Of a stretch of 64,000 nucleotides of DNA, positions 47,578-59,902 are shown piece by piece. Position numbers and translations under genes: made by a program. Origin of the DNA: Gammaproteobacteria bacterium (GTDB lineage Bacteria; Pseudomonadota; Gammaproteobacteria; Ga0077536); contig JACKNH010000004.1 in the NCBI GenBank assembly GCA_024234975.1, positions 150,310 through 214,309 of the forward strand. Reading direction: 5' to 3'. Position 1 is the first letter of the stretch, and each line of letters opens with the position of its first letter. The notes under the pieces are model-generated. The model searched no databases. It had not been told where the DNA came from and saw nothing but the letters and a program-made list of their open reading frames with translations.

Positions 47578-47602
47578 TTACCAGACTAAATTGCTCGGGA
47601 AT
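47578..47602 (-). promoter_or_regulatory. Candidate IscR operator (type-1-like) overlapping the -10 and transcription start
   Basis: Minus strand ATTCCCGAGCAATTTAGTCTGGTAA matches 20 of 25 positions of the E. coli type-1 IscR consensus as I recall it (ATASYYGACTRWWWYAGTCRRSTAT). Confidence 0.4.
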
Positions 47603-47629
47603 TATGGGGAGATGGCGGAATGCAGTCAA
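47601..47629 (-). promoter_or_regulatory. Strong sigma70-type promoter of the iscR-suf operon (TTGACT-17 nt-CATAAT)
   Basis: On the minus strand the -35 is at 47629-47624 and the -10 at 47606-47601, 55 nt upstream of the iscR ATG. Confidence 0.6.
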
Positions 47630-47684
47630 GCCGCGCGGCATTGGACCCACGGGCGGTAAGTGTGCGAGAGCTGCCGCCGGCCGC

Positions 47685-50600
47685 TCAGGCGGCGGAGTGG
47701 TTGGTGTGCAGTTCGGCGTTCTTCGCCAGCAGCTCAGCCAGGGCGACCGCGCCTACCGGCTTACTGAAGTAGTAACCCTGCATCTGGTCGCAATCCTTGG
47801 CGCGAAGGAATTCAACCTGCTCGAGGGTTTCCACACCTTCGGCCACGACGACCATGGACATGGTCTTGCCCATGGCGATGATGGCTTCGGTGATCGCACG
47901 GTCTTCAGTCACTGCAGGCACTTCGCGGATGAATGAGCGGTCGATCTTCAGCGTATCGATAGGGAAGTTCTTCAACTGGCCCAGCGAGGAATAGCCGGTG
48001 CCGAAGTCGTCGATGGCGAGCTTGACGCCCTTGGCCTTGATGGCGTTGAGCTGTTCCAGCGCCCGCTCCGGATTCTGGATAACCATGCCTTCGGTGATTT
48101 CCAGTTCCAGCAGTTCGGGCTGGATACCGGTCGCGGCAATGATGGCGGAAATGTCGGTAAGAAAACTCTTGTCGTTGAACTGGCGTGCGGACAGGTTGAC
48201 CGCCATGCAGATCGGCGGCAGCCCCTGCCGTTGCCAGGCAACGTTCTGCATACAGGCTTCGCGCAGCACCCATTTGCCGATTTCCACGATCTCACCGATC
48301 TCCTCGGCGATCGGGATGAAGCGCACGGGGGAAACGACGCCCAGCTCGGCGTTGTCCCAGCGGATCAGCGCCTCCACGCCCATGATGCGATTGGTCGCAA
48401 TCTCCACCTTGGGCTGATACGACAGCGTGAATTCGTTTTGCGCCAGTGCGCACCGCAGGTTCGATTCGATGCGCAGCCGTTCGATCGACTGGCTGCGGAT
48501 ACCTGGTGCATAGAACTGGACATTGTTCTTGCCTTCTTCCTTGGCAAGATACATCGCGATGTCAGCGTTCTTGGTCAACGCCTGCTCATCGGCGGCATCC
48601 TGCGGATACAGACAGACCCCGATGCTGGCGGTGATCCGGAATTCGTGACTGTTGATGGTCATCGGCTCGGTCGCCGCCATCAACAGCTTGCGGGCCACGG
48701 TGTTGGCGCTGTCGCGGTCGCCGGTTTCCGGCAGTATCACCACGAATTCGTCGCCGCCCAGACGGGCGATTACATCACCTCCGCGCAGCACCTCGCGGAA
48801 CCGGCGGGCCATTTCCTGCAACAGCGCATCACCGGCATCGTGGCCAAGTGAGTCGTTGATCAGCTTGAAGCGATCCAGATCGATGAACAGCACGGCGAAG
48901 CGACGATCGTAGCGTTTCGCAGTCTCGATGGTCTGGCCGAGGATCTGGTTGAACATGGCCCGATTCGGCAGACCCGTGAGCCCATCGTGCGTAGCGAGGT
49001 AGTGGATGCGTTCGGCCGATTGCATGCGGTCGGTGATATCGCGGCCGACACCCCGGTAACCGATGAAATGGCCTTGATGATCATGCATCGGTTCACCCGA
49101 AACGCTGATGTAGGCCCGTTGGCCATCCGCGCAGCGCCGGAATAAAACGATATCGCGGAAGGGCCGGCGTGATCGCAACGCGGTGCGGAATGACTCCCAA
49201 TCGGTGGTGGGATCGATTTCCAGGCCATCGGTGGCATCCCAACCCGCGCGGCCCAGCCGGTTGCGGATGAACTGGTCCCAACCCTGGCCGTGCTGCGGGC
49301 ACTCGATGCGGGAGAACCGCAGTTGCTCATCCAGTTCCCAATACCAGTCCGATGACATCTCGGTCAGGCTGCGGAAGCGTTCCTCGCTGTCGCGCAAGGC
49401 GCGCTCGGCGCGTGCCCGTTCGGCATCGCGCTCGAAATTATCCAGTTCGTAGGCGAGGTTCGCGACCATGCGCTGCAGCAGGTTGATGATTTCCTTGTCG
49501 AACGAATGCACCTCGCGGTGGCATAACACCAGCGCACCGACGCATCTTTCGTCGCGCACCAGTGGCACCGCGGCGCCGGAACCGATGCCAATCGTCGCTG
49601 CCGCCTTGTGCCACGGCTCAAGCCGCGGGTCGTCGCGGAACTCGTTGCTGATGATGCTCTGTTCGAGTTGATAGGCGATTTCGCCCAGTCCCCAACCATG
49701 CAGCGCCGCGGTATCCCCATGCAGCGATCGTGGATTCGAGTGCGATAATCCGTGGTGGAGTGCGGCGACGTACAGCTTGCCGGAAGCATCCGTCAGCAGC
49801 AGCGTCGCAACCAGGAAGCCGCCGGCTTCACAGGCGGCGTTGCAGATGCCGTCATAGAGTTCATGCGGGGATTCGGCGCGCAGCAGAATTTCGTTGGTGG
49901 CGCTCAGTGCGGCGAACATGTGGCTGACGCGTGAGGCCGCTGCGGCCACCTGCTTGCGGGCGGTGATGTCTTCCGCCACGGAGATGTCGTATTCGGGTTC
50001 GCCGCGGGCGTTGCGCTTGACTGCGATCGACAGGCTGACCCAGACCGTGGTGCCATCCTTGCGCAGGTAACGCTTCTCGCACTTGATGTGGTCCAGCTTG
50101 CCAGCCACGAGTTTCGCATGGGGCTCGGCGGTGACGTGAATGTCGTCGGGGTGCGTGATCTGGGAGACGTTCTTCTGCAGCAATTCTTCAGCGCTGTAGC
50201 CGAGAATTTCGCACATACCGCGATTGACGTGCAGATAGCGGCCATCCAACCCGACATGGGCGATACCGACGGCGGCCAGGCGCACCGTATTCTGGTAGAG
50301 CTCACGGCTATCGCGCAGATCGACTTCCGATTGACGTTGATGCGAGAAATGACTGATCTGGTCGGCGACAAACTGTAACGTTGTAAGAAGTTCGGCATCC
50401 GGTTGGGGAATGACCGGTGCGAAGAATTCAAGTACGCCGAGATTGTGCGCAAAGCCGGGCAGAGGAATCGCCAGCGCGCTATGAATGCCGGCGGTTGCGA
50501 CCTGTAAGTCACGACCTGGCATGTCGTCAGGCCCTATGTCAGCCACCCAGACCGGTTCGAGATCGGCCCAGGTCCGCACGACCAGGCTGGTCGCCTCCGG

Positions 50601-51329
50601 CGTGGTCTGCCGCCAGGCGTTGTCGCTGCCATTGAGCGCCAGGGTGGCACTTTCGTCAGCGCCGTATACGATGGCGCATGTCAGTCGATCGGCCTGCGCT
50701 GAATAATGCCAGTACGTTGCCGCCGACCACTCCATTGCCGTGCATACCAGCTTCAGCACAGAAGCCGCGGCTTCTTCGATACCTTGCGCGGTTGAAAGTA
50801 CATCGATGCAACCGTGCTCGATGGTCAGCCGCTGGCGGGTGCGGATGTGTTCAGTGACGTCGGTAGCGACGCCGCGATAGCCATCGAAGCGGCCTTGCGC
50901 ATCGAACACCGGTTGACCGCTGACGTTGAAGTAGCGCCGGCCAATGGTCGGGTCCTGCCACTGGAATGTCAGGTCACGGAAAGATTGATGGGATTGCACG
51001 ATTGCGCGATAGCGCGCAGCGTCAACGTCGGCGAGGAAATGGCCGGGCAGTTCCCAGGGCGCACGACCGAGCACCAGCGCTTGCGCTGGTGGATCGATGG
51101 CCTCGTTGAGCATCTGGAGCAGCGTGATTCGGTGAAAGCGATCCTGTTCCCAATAGGCATCCGCCGCCATCAGCAGCAGATCCCGTTGAGAGGCGGGGAG
51201 CTTCGAATCCTTACCCTTGACTTCCGTGTCGGAGAGGCAGCGATCTTGCGCGACAACTTCGAACGTCAAGCGGCCTCCCCGGTTGATGGTATTCAGTTGT
51301 GCGCATCGTTTCGCAGTTGTGGATACCAC
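47685..51329 (-). CDS. Cytoplasmic multi-sensor c-di-GMP protein: PAS-GAF-PAS-GAF-PAS-GGDEF-EAL
   Basis: GGDEF domain with I-site (RGGDVIARLGGDEFVVIL). EAL domain (VEALIRW, DDFGTGYSSLGQL, QGYYFSKP). Three PAS-like blocks ending ...GYRGVATDVTEH, ...SVAEDITARK and ...GYRGVGRDITDR. Two GAF-like blocks. Confidence 0.9.
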   Translation of the reverse strand: MVSTTAKRCAQLNTINRGGRLTFEVVAQDRCLSDTEVKGKDSKLPASQRDLLLMAADAYWEQDRFHRITLLQMLNEAIDPPAQALVLGRAPWELPGHFLADVDAARYRAIVQSHQSFRDLTFQWQDPTIGRRYFNVSGQPVFDAQGRFDGYRGVATDVTEHIRTRQRLTIEHGCIDVLSTAQGIEEAAASVLKLVCTAMEWSAATYWHYSAQADRLTCAIVYGADESATLALNGSDNAWRQTTPEATSLVVRTWADLEPVWVADIGPDDMPGRDLQVATAGIHSALAIPLPGFAHNLGVLEFFAPVIPQPDAELLTTLQFVADQISHFSHQRQSEVDLRDSRELYQNTVRLAAVGIAHVGLDGRYLHVNRGMCEILGYSAEELLQKNVSQITHPDDIHVTAEPHAKLVAGKLDHIKCEKRYLRKDGTTVWVSLSIAVKRNARGEPEYDISVAEDITARKQVAAAASRVSHMFAALSATNEILLRAESPHELYDGICNAACEAGGFLVATLLLTDASGKLYVAALHHGLSHSNPRSLHGDTAALHGWGLGEIAYQLEQSIISNEFRDDPRLEPWHKAAATIGIGSGAAVPLVRDERCVGALVLCHREVHSFDKEIINLLQRMVANLAYELDNFERDAERARAERALRDSEERFRSLTEMSSDWYWELDEQLRFSRIECPQHGQGWDQFIRNRLGRAGWDATDGLEIDPTTDWESFRTALRSRRPFRDIVLFRRCADGQRAYISVSGEPMHDHQGHFIGYRGVGRDITDRMQSAERIHYLATHDGLTGLPNRAMFNQILGQTIETAKRYDRRFAVLFIDLDRFKLINDSLGHDAGDALLQEMARRFREVLRGGDVIARLGGDEFVVILPETGDRDSANTVARKLLMAATEPMTINSHEFRITASIGVCLYPQDAADEQALTKNADIAMYLAKEEGKNNVQFYAPGIRSQSIERLRIESNLRCALAQNEFTLSYQPKVEIATNRIMGVEALIRWDNAELGVVSPVRFIPIAEEIGEIVEIGKWVLREACMQNVAWQRQGLPPICMAVNLSARQFNDKSFLTDISAIIAATGIQPELLELEITEGMVIQNPERALEQLNAIKAKGVKLAIDDFGTGYSSLGQLKNFPIDTLKIDRSFIREVPAVTEDRAITEAIIAMGKTMSMVVVAEGVETLEQVEFLRAKDCDQMQGYYFSKPVGAVALAELLAKNAELHTNHSAA

Positions 51330-51470
51330 GCCCGATGCGCCCTTACGGTAAAAATTACATTCCGTGACCGCGGTTTATCGCGGATTTTACCGTCGGGGAT
51401 ATATCGACCTTGAAGGCGGTTTCTTAAAACGCAGGAATGTCCCGGGCGGGTGGCGGCGGGGAGGGCGAAT

Positions 51471-52238
51471 TCAGGGATTTTTGTCAGGTGGCGCAGGCGG
51501 CTGCCCGGTGGCATCGTCCAGGTCCGGCGGTATGAGACGTTCGCCGTTGCAGTCCACGCCTTGTTCGCGCAGCACGGCGACAATCCGTTCTATGCGCTGT
51601 TCCACACTCTGGGTCTGGTCGAGCAGGGCGTCGACGGCATTGGCCAGCGGATCCGGCATGTCGCCAGAAGTGCCGTACGGTGCAAAAGCAGTGCCCTTGG
51701 AATCTTCCGAGTCCTGTTGTTCGTCATTACTGCCGACAACGCGGCCCGGAATGCCCACCACGGTGGCACCTTCCGGCACGTCCTTGACCACCACGGCATT
51801 GGATCCGACGCGGGCGCCCGCACCGAGCACAATGGGACCCAGCACTTTGGCGCCAGCGCCCACAACGACACCGTCATGCAGCGTCGGGTGGCGTTTGCCC
51901 TTCTTCCAGGATGTGCCGCCCAGCGTCACCCCGTGGTACAGCGTGCAATCATCCCCCACCTCGGCAGTCTCGCCAATCACCACGCCCATGCCGTGGTCGA
52001 TGAAGAAACGCCGGCCCAGTGTGGCGCCGGGATGGATCTCGATGCCGGTCAGGAAACGGCCGATATGGGCCAGCATCCTGGCGGCCCACTTGAAGCCGGC
52101 GCGCCACAGCTGGTGGCTGAGCCGGTGAATCAGGATCGCATGAACGCCGGGGTACGTCGTCAGGATTTCGAACGCATTGCGCGCGGCCGGATCCCGGTCG
52201 TAAACGGAATTGATGTCTTCGCGCAGGCGTTCAAACAT
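51471..52238 (-). CDS. cysE: Serine O-acetyltransferase
   Basis: [30 protein letters not shown]...[44 protein letters not shown]. Confidence 0.95.
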   Translation of the reverse strand: MFERLREDINSVYDRDPAARNAFEILTTYPGVHAILIHRLSHQLWRAGFKWAARMLAHIGRFLTGIEIHPGATLGRRFFIDHGMGVVIGETAEVGDDCTLYHGVTLGGTSWKKGKRHPTLHDGVVVGAGAKVLGPIVLGAGARVGSNAVVVKDVPEGATVVGIPGRVVGSNDEQQDSEDSKGTAFAPYGTSGDMPDPLANAVDALLDQTQSVEQRIERIVAVLREQGVDCNGERLIPPDLDDATGQPPAPPDKNP

Positions 52239-52242
52239 GGCG

Positions 52243-55344
<3,102 letters not shown>

Positions 55345-55405
55345 TGCTGTGTCATCGTTGAACCGTGGGCACGCCCGACGGTGTCATGAAATCAGTCGCC
55401 CGTGG

Positions 55406-55849
55406 TCAGTTTCGGTCTGACGCATTGACCCGCTGGGTACCCGGATTGATGCCGGCCTGTTGCCAATCGCGAAAGCGCTGGCGGGCTGCGTTGCGGCTGA
55501 CGGCATCATAGCCGGCACTCTCGACGACGCGGTCATAGCCCTGGCAATCAGCCAGTGGAAGATTGCCGAGGTTAACCAGTACGTCCGCCGGTGCGAATCG
55601 CGACCCGTGACCGATCAAAATCGGCACGTCCGCGTTGCCATCGGCGCCCGCCAACACCGAGTGCGGGACGAAGCTGACGTCCTGGAAAGTCCACAACAGA
55701 CTGTCCAGCTCGCCGGCCCGTTCCGCGTCTTCGACGTACAGCAAGACCCGCAGTCCACGCTGCCATATTTTGTTGATCAGCCGGCAGATTACAACATCGT
55801 GCGCACGCTTGTCGGCGTCTTCGACAACGTAGAAATCTACTTGCGGCAT
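55406..55849 (-). CDS. holC: DNA polymerase III subunit chi
   Basis: MPQVDFYVVEDA...VICRLINKIWQRGLRVLLYVEDAERAGELDSLLWTF. It lies in the conserved pepA-holC-valS order. Confidence 0.88.
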   Translation of the reverse strand: MPQVDFYVVEDADKRAHDVVICRLINKIWQRGLRVLLYVEDAERAGELDSLLWTFQDVSFVPHSVLAGADGNADVPILIGHGSRFAPADVLVNLGNLPLADCQGYDRVVESAGYDAVSRNAARQRFRDWQQAGINPGTQRVNASDRN

Positions 55850-55865
55850 CGATGCTCAACCGGGC

Positions 55866-57356
55866 TCAAACCGCCGCCCGCTGCCTGAGATATTCCAGCA
55901 GCAGTGGCACCGGACGACCTGTCGCGCCTTTATCCTTGCCGCTGATCCAGGCCGATCCGGCGATGTCCAGATGGGCCCAGCGCAGGTCGGTGGTGAAGCG
56001 GGCGAGGAAGCAGGCCGCGGTAATGGCACCGCCATGGCGGCTGCCCACGTTCGCCATATCAGCGAAGTTGCTGTCCAACTCCTTCTGGTAGTCGTCCCAC
56101 AGCGGCAGCCGCCAGGCACGATCGAAGGTGGCGTTGCCGGCGGCGAGCAGTGCGTTGGCCAGCGCATCGTCGGCACACATCAGGCCGCTGGCATGATGTC
56201 CCAGGGCAACGACGCAGGCGCCGGTCAGGGTGGCGATGTCAATCACCACGTCAGGGTTGAATTCGCGGCAGTAGGTCAGCGCATCGCAGAGGATCAGCCG
56301 GCCCTCGGCATCGGTATTGAGAATCTCCACGGTTTTGCCGGACATCGTCTGCACGACATCGCCGGGCTTGGTGGCGTTGCCATCCGGCAGGTTCTCGGTG
56401 GCCGGCACAACGCCGACAACATTGATGGGCAACGCCAATTCAACCAAAGCCTGCATCACGCCAAATACACTGGCCGCACCACACATATCGAACTTCATTT
56501 CATCCATGGCCGCGGCCGGCTTGATCGATATTCCGCCGGAATCGAACGTGACGCCTTTACCGACCAGCGCAATCGGCGCCTGCTTGGCATCGGCACCGTG
56601 ATATTGCATGACGATGAGTTTTGGCGGCTGACGGCTGCCACGGGCGACGCTGAGCAGCGCGCCCATGCCAAGTTTTTCCATCTGTGCCTGGTCCAGTACC
56701 TTCACCTTGAGGCTGTTGTGTTGTTTGCCCATTTCCAGGGCGCACTCGGCAAGGTAGGTGGGTGTACAGTGATTGGCGGGCCGGTTGCCGAGGTCACGTG
56801 CGAAACGTATGCCCCCGGCGATGGCCTTGCCAACCTTGATCGCGTCGCGCACGGCGTCGACGGCGGTCTTGTCGGCATTGATCGTCACCCGACGGATGAC
56901 GGAGGCATTGCTTCCGCGACCGGCCTTGAACTCGCCGAAGCGGTAGCTCCCGCGGTCAAAGCCGATGACTTGCAGCTCGATATTTTCAGCCAGGTCGGCC
57001 CCGGCAATTTCAACCTCGGCCAGCGCGCTGACCACGTTGGTGGACGCCGAAGCGTTGATCGTGCGGGCGGCGGCAGCGATTGCACGCTGGAAATCAGGCG
57101 CCGCGACTTCGGTATGCCCGCCAAGGCCGACCAGCAGAATGCGTTCCGCGGCAATTCCCGGAGGACTTTGCAGCACCAGTGTCTGTCCGACGTTGCCCTT
57201 GATGTCGCCGTTGTGCAGCACCCGTTTGATCAGGCCGCGCGTCTTGCGGTCAATCCTGGCGGCCGCCGCGGACAACCGGCGGTTGGTGAATACCCCGACC
57301 GCAAGGCAGTGAGTCTTGCTGGTTGTGAGGTCATCTGACTTGGCGACGAATTCCAT
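55866..57356 (-). CDS. pepA: Leucyl aminopeptidase
   Basis: VGKGVTFDSGGISIKP...NTDAEGRLILCDALTY... Confidence 0.96.
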   Translation of the reverse strand: MEFVAKSDDLTTSKTHCLAVGVFTNRRLSAAAARIDRKTRGLIKRVLHNGDIKGNVGQTLVLQSPPGIAAERILLVGLGGHTEVAAPDFQRAIAAAARTINASASTNVVSALAEVEIAGADLAENIELQVIGFDRGSYRFGEFKAGRGSNASVIRRVTINADKTAVDAVRDAIKVGKAIAGGIRFARDLGNRPANHCTPTYLAECALEMGKQHNSLKVKVLDQAQMEKLGMGALLSVARGSRQPPKLIVMQYHGADAKQAPIALVGKGVTFDSGGISIKPAAAMDEMKFDMCGAASVFGVMQALVELALPINVVGVVPATENLPDGNATKPGDVVQTMSGKTVEILNTDAEGRLILCDALTYCREFNPDVVIDIATLTGACVVALGHHASGLMCADDALANALLAAGNATFDRAWRLPLWDDYQKELDSNFADMANVGSRHGGAITAACFLARFTTDLRWAHLDIAGSAWISGKDKGATGRPVPLLLEYLRQRAAV

Positions 57357-57555
57357 GACGTTCCTTTTTTTTTGCGTGGATGAGGCGGTATGGCGGGCGC
57401 CAGTTTATTACATGCAGTCTGAAATTTCGTAACGCGCTTTTCTCGGTGGCCGGGCGACCAAACCGCTTGACCGGATTGCGTCCGCCAGTGGTGCATGGGC
57501 GGGGCGCCGGAGCGTGCCGCTGCGGTGGCACCGGGTGCGGTTTACAATGGGCGGA

Positions 57556-58632
57556 ATGCGTTATTTCACCCTCCTGGACTGGTATCTCAATCGGGCGATT
57601 CTCGGCAGCGTTGCGCTGGTCATGGCGGTGTTGCTGGGGTTGTTCACGCTGTTCGAATTGATCGCGCAGCTGGATAACCTGGGGCCGGGCGATTACGACG
57701 CCCCCGCCGCACTGGTCTACGTGGCGCTGCGCATCCCGCGGTTGTGCTACGAACTGTTCCCCTCGGCGGCGATGATCGGCGTGCTGCTGGGGTTGAGCAG
57801 TCTTGCGCGTACCGGCGAACTTGCAGTGATCCGATTCGCCGGCCGGTCCCGTCTGGGACTGCTCGGATCAGTGATGAAAGGTGGCAGCCTGCTCATCATC
57901 GCCGTGATAGTGCTGGGCGAATTCGTGGCGCCCCCGCTGGACATGCGGGCGGATCAATACCGTTCGACCAAGCGCGTCGGCCGGATATCGCTGGGAACAT
58001 TGACCGGCATATGGGTGCGGGATGGCACCACCTACATCAATATCCGTGGCGTCATGACGGCCGAATCGCTGCGCGATGTCTACATCTACGAGTTCGACCA
58101 CGACGAGCATCTGCGCAGCAGTACCTATGCGGCCGAGGCCGACTACGACAATGGCGGCTGGCGCTTGTCCAACGTCGTACAGACCCGCCTGGACGGTGCC
58201 CGCGCCCAACGCGTTGCATTCCGCGAAGCCGGCTGGCAGTCATTGGTGGACCCGGCACTGGTCGACGTGCTGACGGCGGCATCAGAGCAACTTTCCATCA
58301 AGTCGCTGCAACGGTATATCGCCTACCTGAAAAGTAACGGTCTGCGCACGGAAACCTACGAGTACGCCTTGTGGTTGAAGTTGATGTATCCGGTGGCCAC
58401 CGCGGTGATGATCCTGCTGGGCGTGCCCATGGTTCTGGGGCGGCTGACGCGTACCGTTGCCATGGGCCAGGGCGTATTGCAGGGAACGTTGATCGGCGTG
58501 AGCTTCCATCTGGTCAACCAGACCATAGGCCACCTCGCGGTGGTCGCTGAAGTTGCGCCGATGGTCAGCGCCGCGGTGCCAACGCTGGTGGTGCTGGTGA
58601 TTGGACTGTACCTGTTGAACCGCGTGCGCTGA
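57556..58632 (+). CDS. lptG: LPS export ABC transporter permease LptG
   Basis: It aligns by eye with E. coli LptG rather than LptF: LLDWYLNRAIL, NLGPGDYDA, GIWVRDGTTYINIRGV, VYIYEFDHDEHLRSSTYAAEADYDNGGWRLSNV and LSIKSLQRYIAYLKSNGLRTETYEYALWLKLMYPVATAVMILLG. The start MRYFTLL at 57556 is preferred over 57514. Confidence 0.85.
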   Translation: MRYFTLLDWYLNRAILGSVALVMAVLLGLFTLFELIAQLDNLGPGDYDAPAALVYVALRIPRLCYELFPSAAMIGVLLGLSSLARTGELAVIRFAGRSRLGLLGSVMKGGSLLIIAVIVLGEFVAPPLDMRADQYRSTKRVGRISLGTLTGIWVRDGTTYINIRGVMTAESLRDVYIYEFDHDEHLRSSTYAAEADYDNGGWRLSNVVQTRLDGARAQRVAFREAGWQSLVDPALVDVLTAASEQLSIKSLQRYIAYLKSNGLRTETYEYALWLKLMYPVATAVMILLGVPMVLGRLTRTVAMGQGVLQGTLIGVSFHLVNQTIGHLAVVAEVAPMVSAAVPTLVVLVIGLYLLNRVR

Positions 58633-58650
58633 CAGAGCACACCGGCGCCT

Positions 58651-59103
58651 TCAGGGCTTGTTCACCACCAATCTCGTATCGCTGAAGTGGTCATGCCAGC
58701 ACAGATGCTGCTGATGAAAAACGCTGCTGATGAATCCCAGGCCAAGAATCGCCCATGACAGGATGGCAATGGCGAAACGCAACGTGGCTTGTCTGAATGT
58801 GGGTGGCTGGCCGTCCAGCGTGACCACGTGCAGATGCCAGCTCTTCATGCCCAGCGTGCGCCGGCCGCCGGTCCAGAAGTAAGTGAAATAGCCAAAGACG
58901 ACCAACACCAGGTAGGCGGTGAACAGCGCGTTCTGCGGTCGAATCGCCTGGCCCCCGGCCAGCACCACCAGTGGAATGGTGGCCAGGAACAACACGCCGA
59001 ACAGCAGCAGGCTGTCGTAGACGATGGCGGCGAGACGCCGCGCCAGGCCGGAGTTCATCGGGAAGGTGTGACCTGCGATTGTGAAAGGCGCTGAATCATA
59101 CAA
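58651..59103 (-). CDS. RDD family membrane protein
   Basis: GLARRLAAIVYDSLLLFGVLFLATIP...GGRRTLGMKSWHLHVV. Confidence 0.75.
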   Translation of the reverse strand: MYDSAPFTIAGHTFPMNSGLARRLAAIVYDSLLLFGVLFLATIPLVVLAGGQAIRPQNALFTAYLVLVVFGYFTYFWTGGRRTLGMKSWHLHVVTLDGQPPTFRQATLRFAIAILSWAILGLGFISSVFHQQHLCWHDHFSDTRLVVNKP

Positions 59104-59221
59104 GCGGCCGCGCGTATCGTAAAACCGGAAACTCGCTGGCGGTCGACGAGGTCATGCCGGGTCCGTTCGTCTAGAATGCGGCGCACGGCGGTCACCGCCA
59201 ACCACCGGATGAAGCGTCACG

Positions 59222-59902
59222 ATGCGTATCACCTTGCTGCAACACGTCCCGTTCGAAGGACCGGGCAGTATCGACCCATGGTGCCGGCAGGAACGGCTGG
59301 AACTGAATATCGCGCACCTGTATCGCGGCGACGCCGTACCCCAGGTGCAGGATTTTGACGGCCTGGTGGTAATGGGCGGCCCCATGAGTGTGCACGATGA
59401 CGCCCAACACGCCTGGTTGGCCAACGAGCGCGCATTGATTGAGGCGGCGGCGGGCGCCGGCAAACCAGTACTGGGAATCTGCCTGGGCGCCCAGCAGATC
59501 GCCGCCGCGCTGGGCGCTTCGGTATCGCGGAATCCGCAGCCGGAAATCGGCTGGTTTCCGGTGCAGGCGACCGGCGGAATCGCGGGGTTTTCGCTACCAT
59601 CGTCGCTGACGGTATTCCATTGGCATGGCGAAACATTCAGCCTGCCCCCCGGGGCGACTCACCTGGCCAGCAGCAACATATGCGAAAACCAGGCATTCGC
59701 CTGCTCACGCAACGTGCTGGCATTGCAGTTTCATCTGGAAACGACGCCGGAAGGCATAGGCGCACTGATTGCGAATTGCGCGGATGAATTGATTGACGCG
59801 CCTTACGTGCAATCAGCAGCAGCGATGACAGCGGCAGCGCCGGCTGCCTGCCGCGGGCTCACGACGTCGATGAATGACGTGTTGCGCTATCTGTTTGCTT
59901 GA
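59222..59902 (+). CDS. Class I glutamine amidotransferase-like protein (GuaA N-domain-like)
   Basis: FDGLVVMGGPMSVHDD, KPVLGICLGAQQIAAALG (nucleophile Cys) and FHWHGETFSLPPGA. Confidence 0.8.
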   Translation: MRITLLQHVPFEGPGSIDPWCRQERLELNIAHLYRGDAVPQVQDFDGLVVMGGPMSVHDDAQHAWLANERALIEAAAGAGKPVLGICLGAQQIAAALGASVSRNPQPEIGWFPVQATGGIAGFSLPSSLTVFHWHGETFSLPPGATHLASSNICENQAFACSRNVLALQFHLETTPEGIGALIANCADELIDAPYVQSAAAMTAAAPAACRGLTTSMNDVLRYLFA

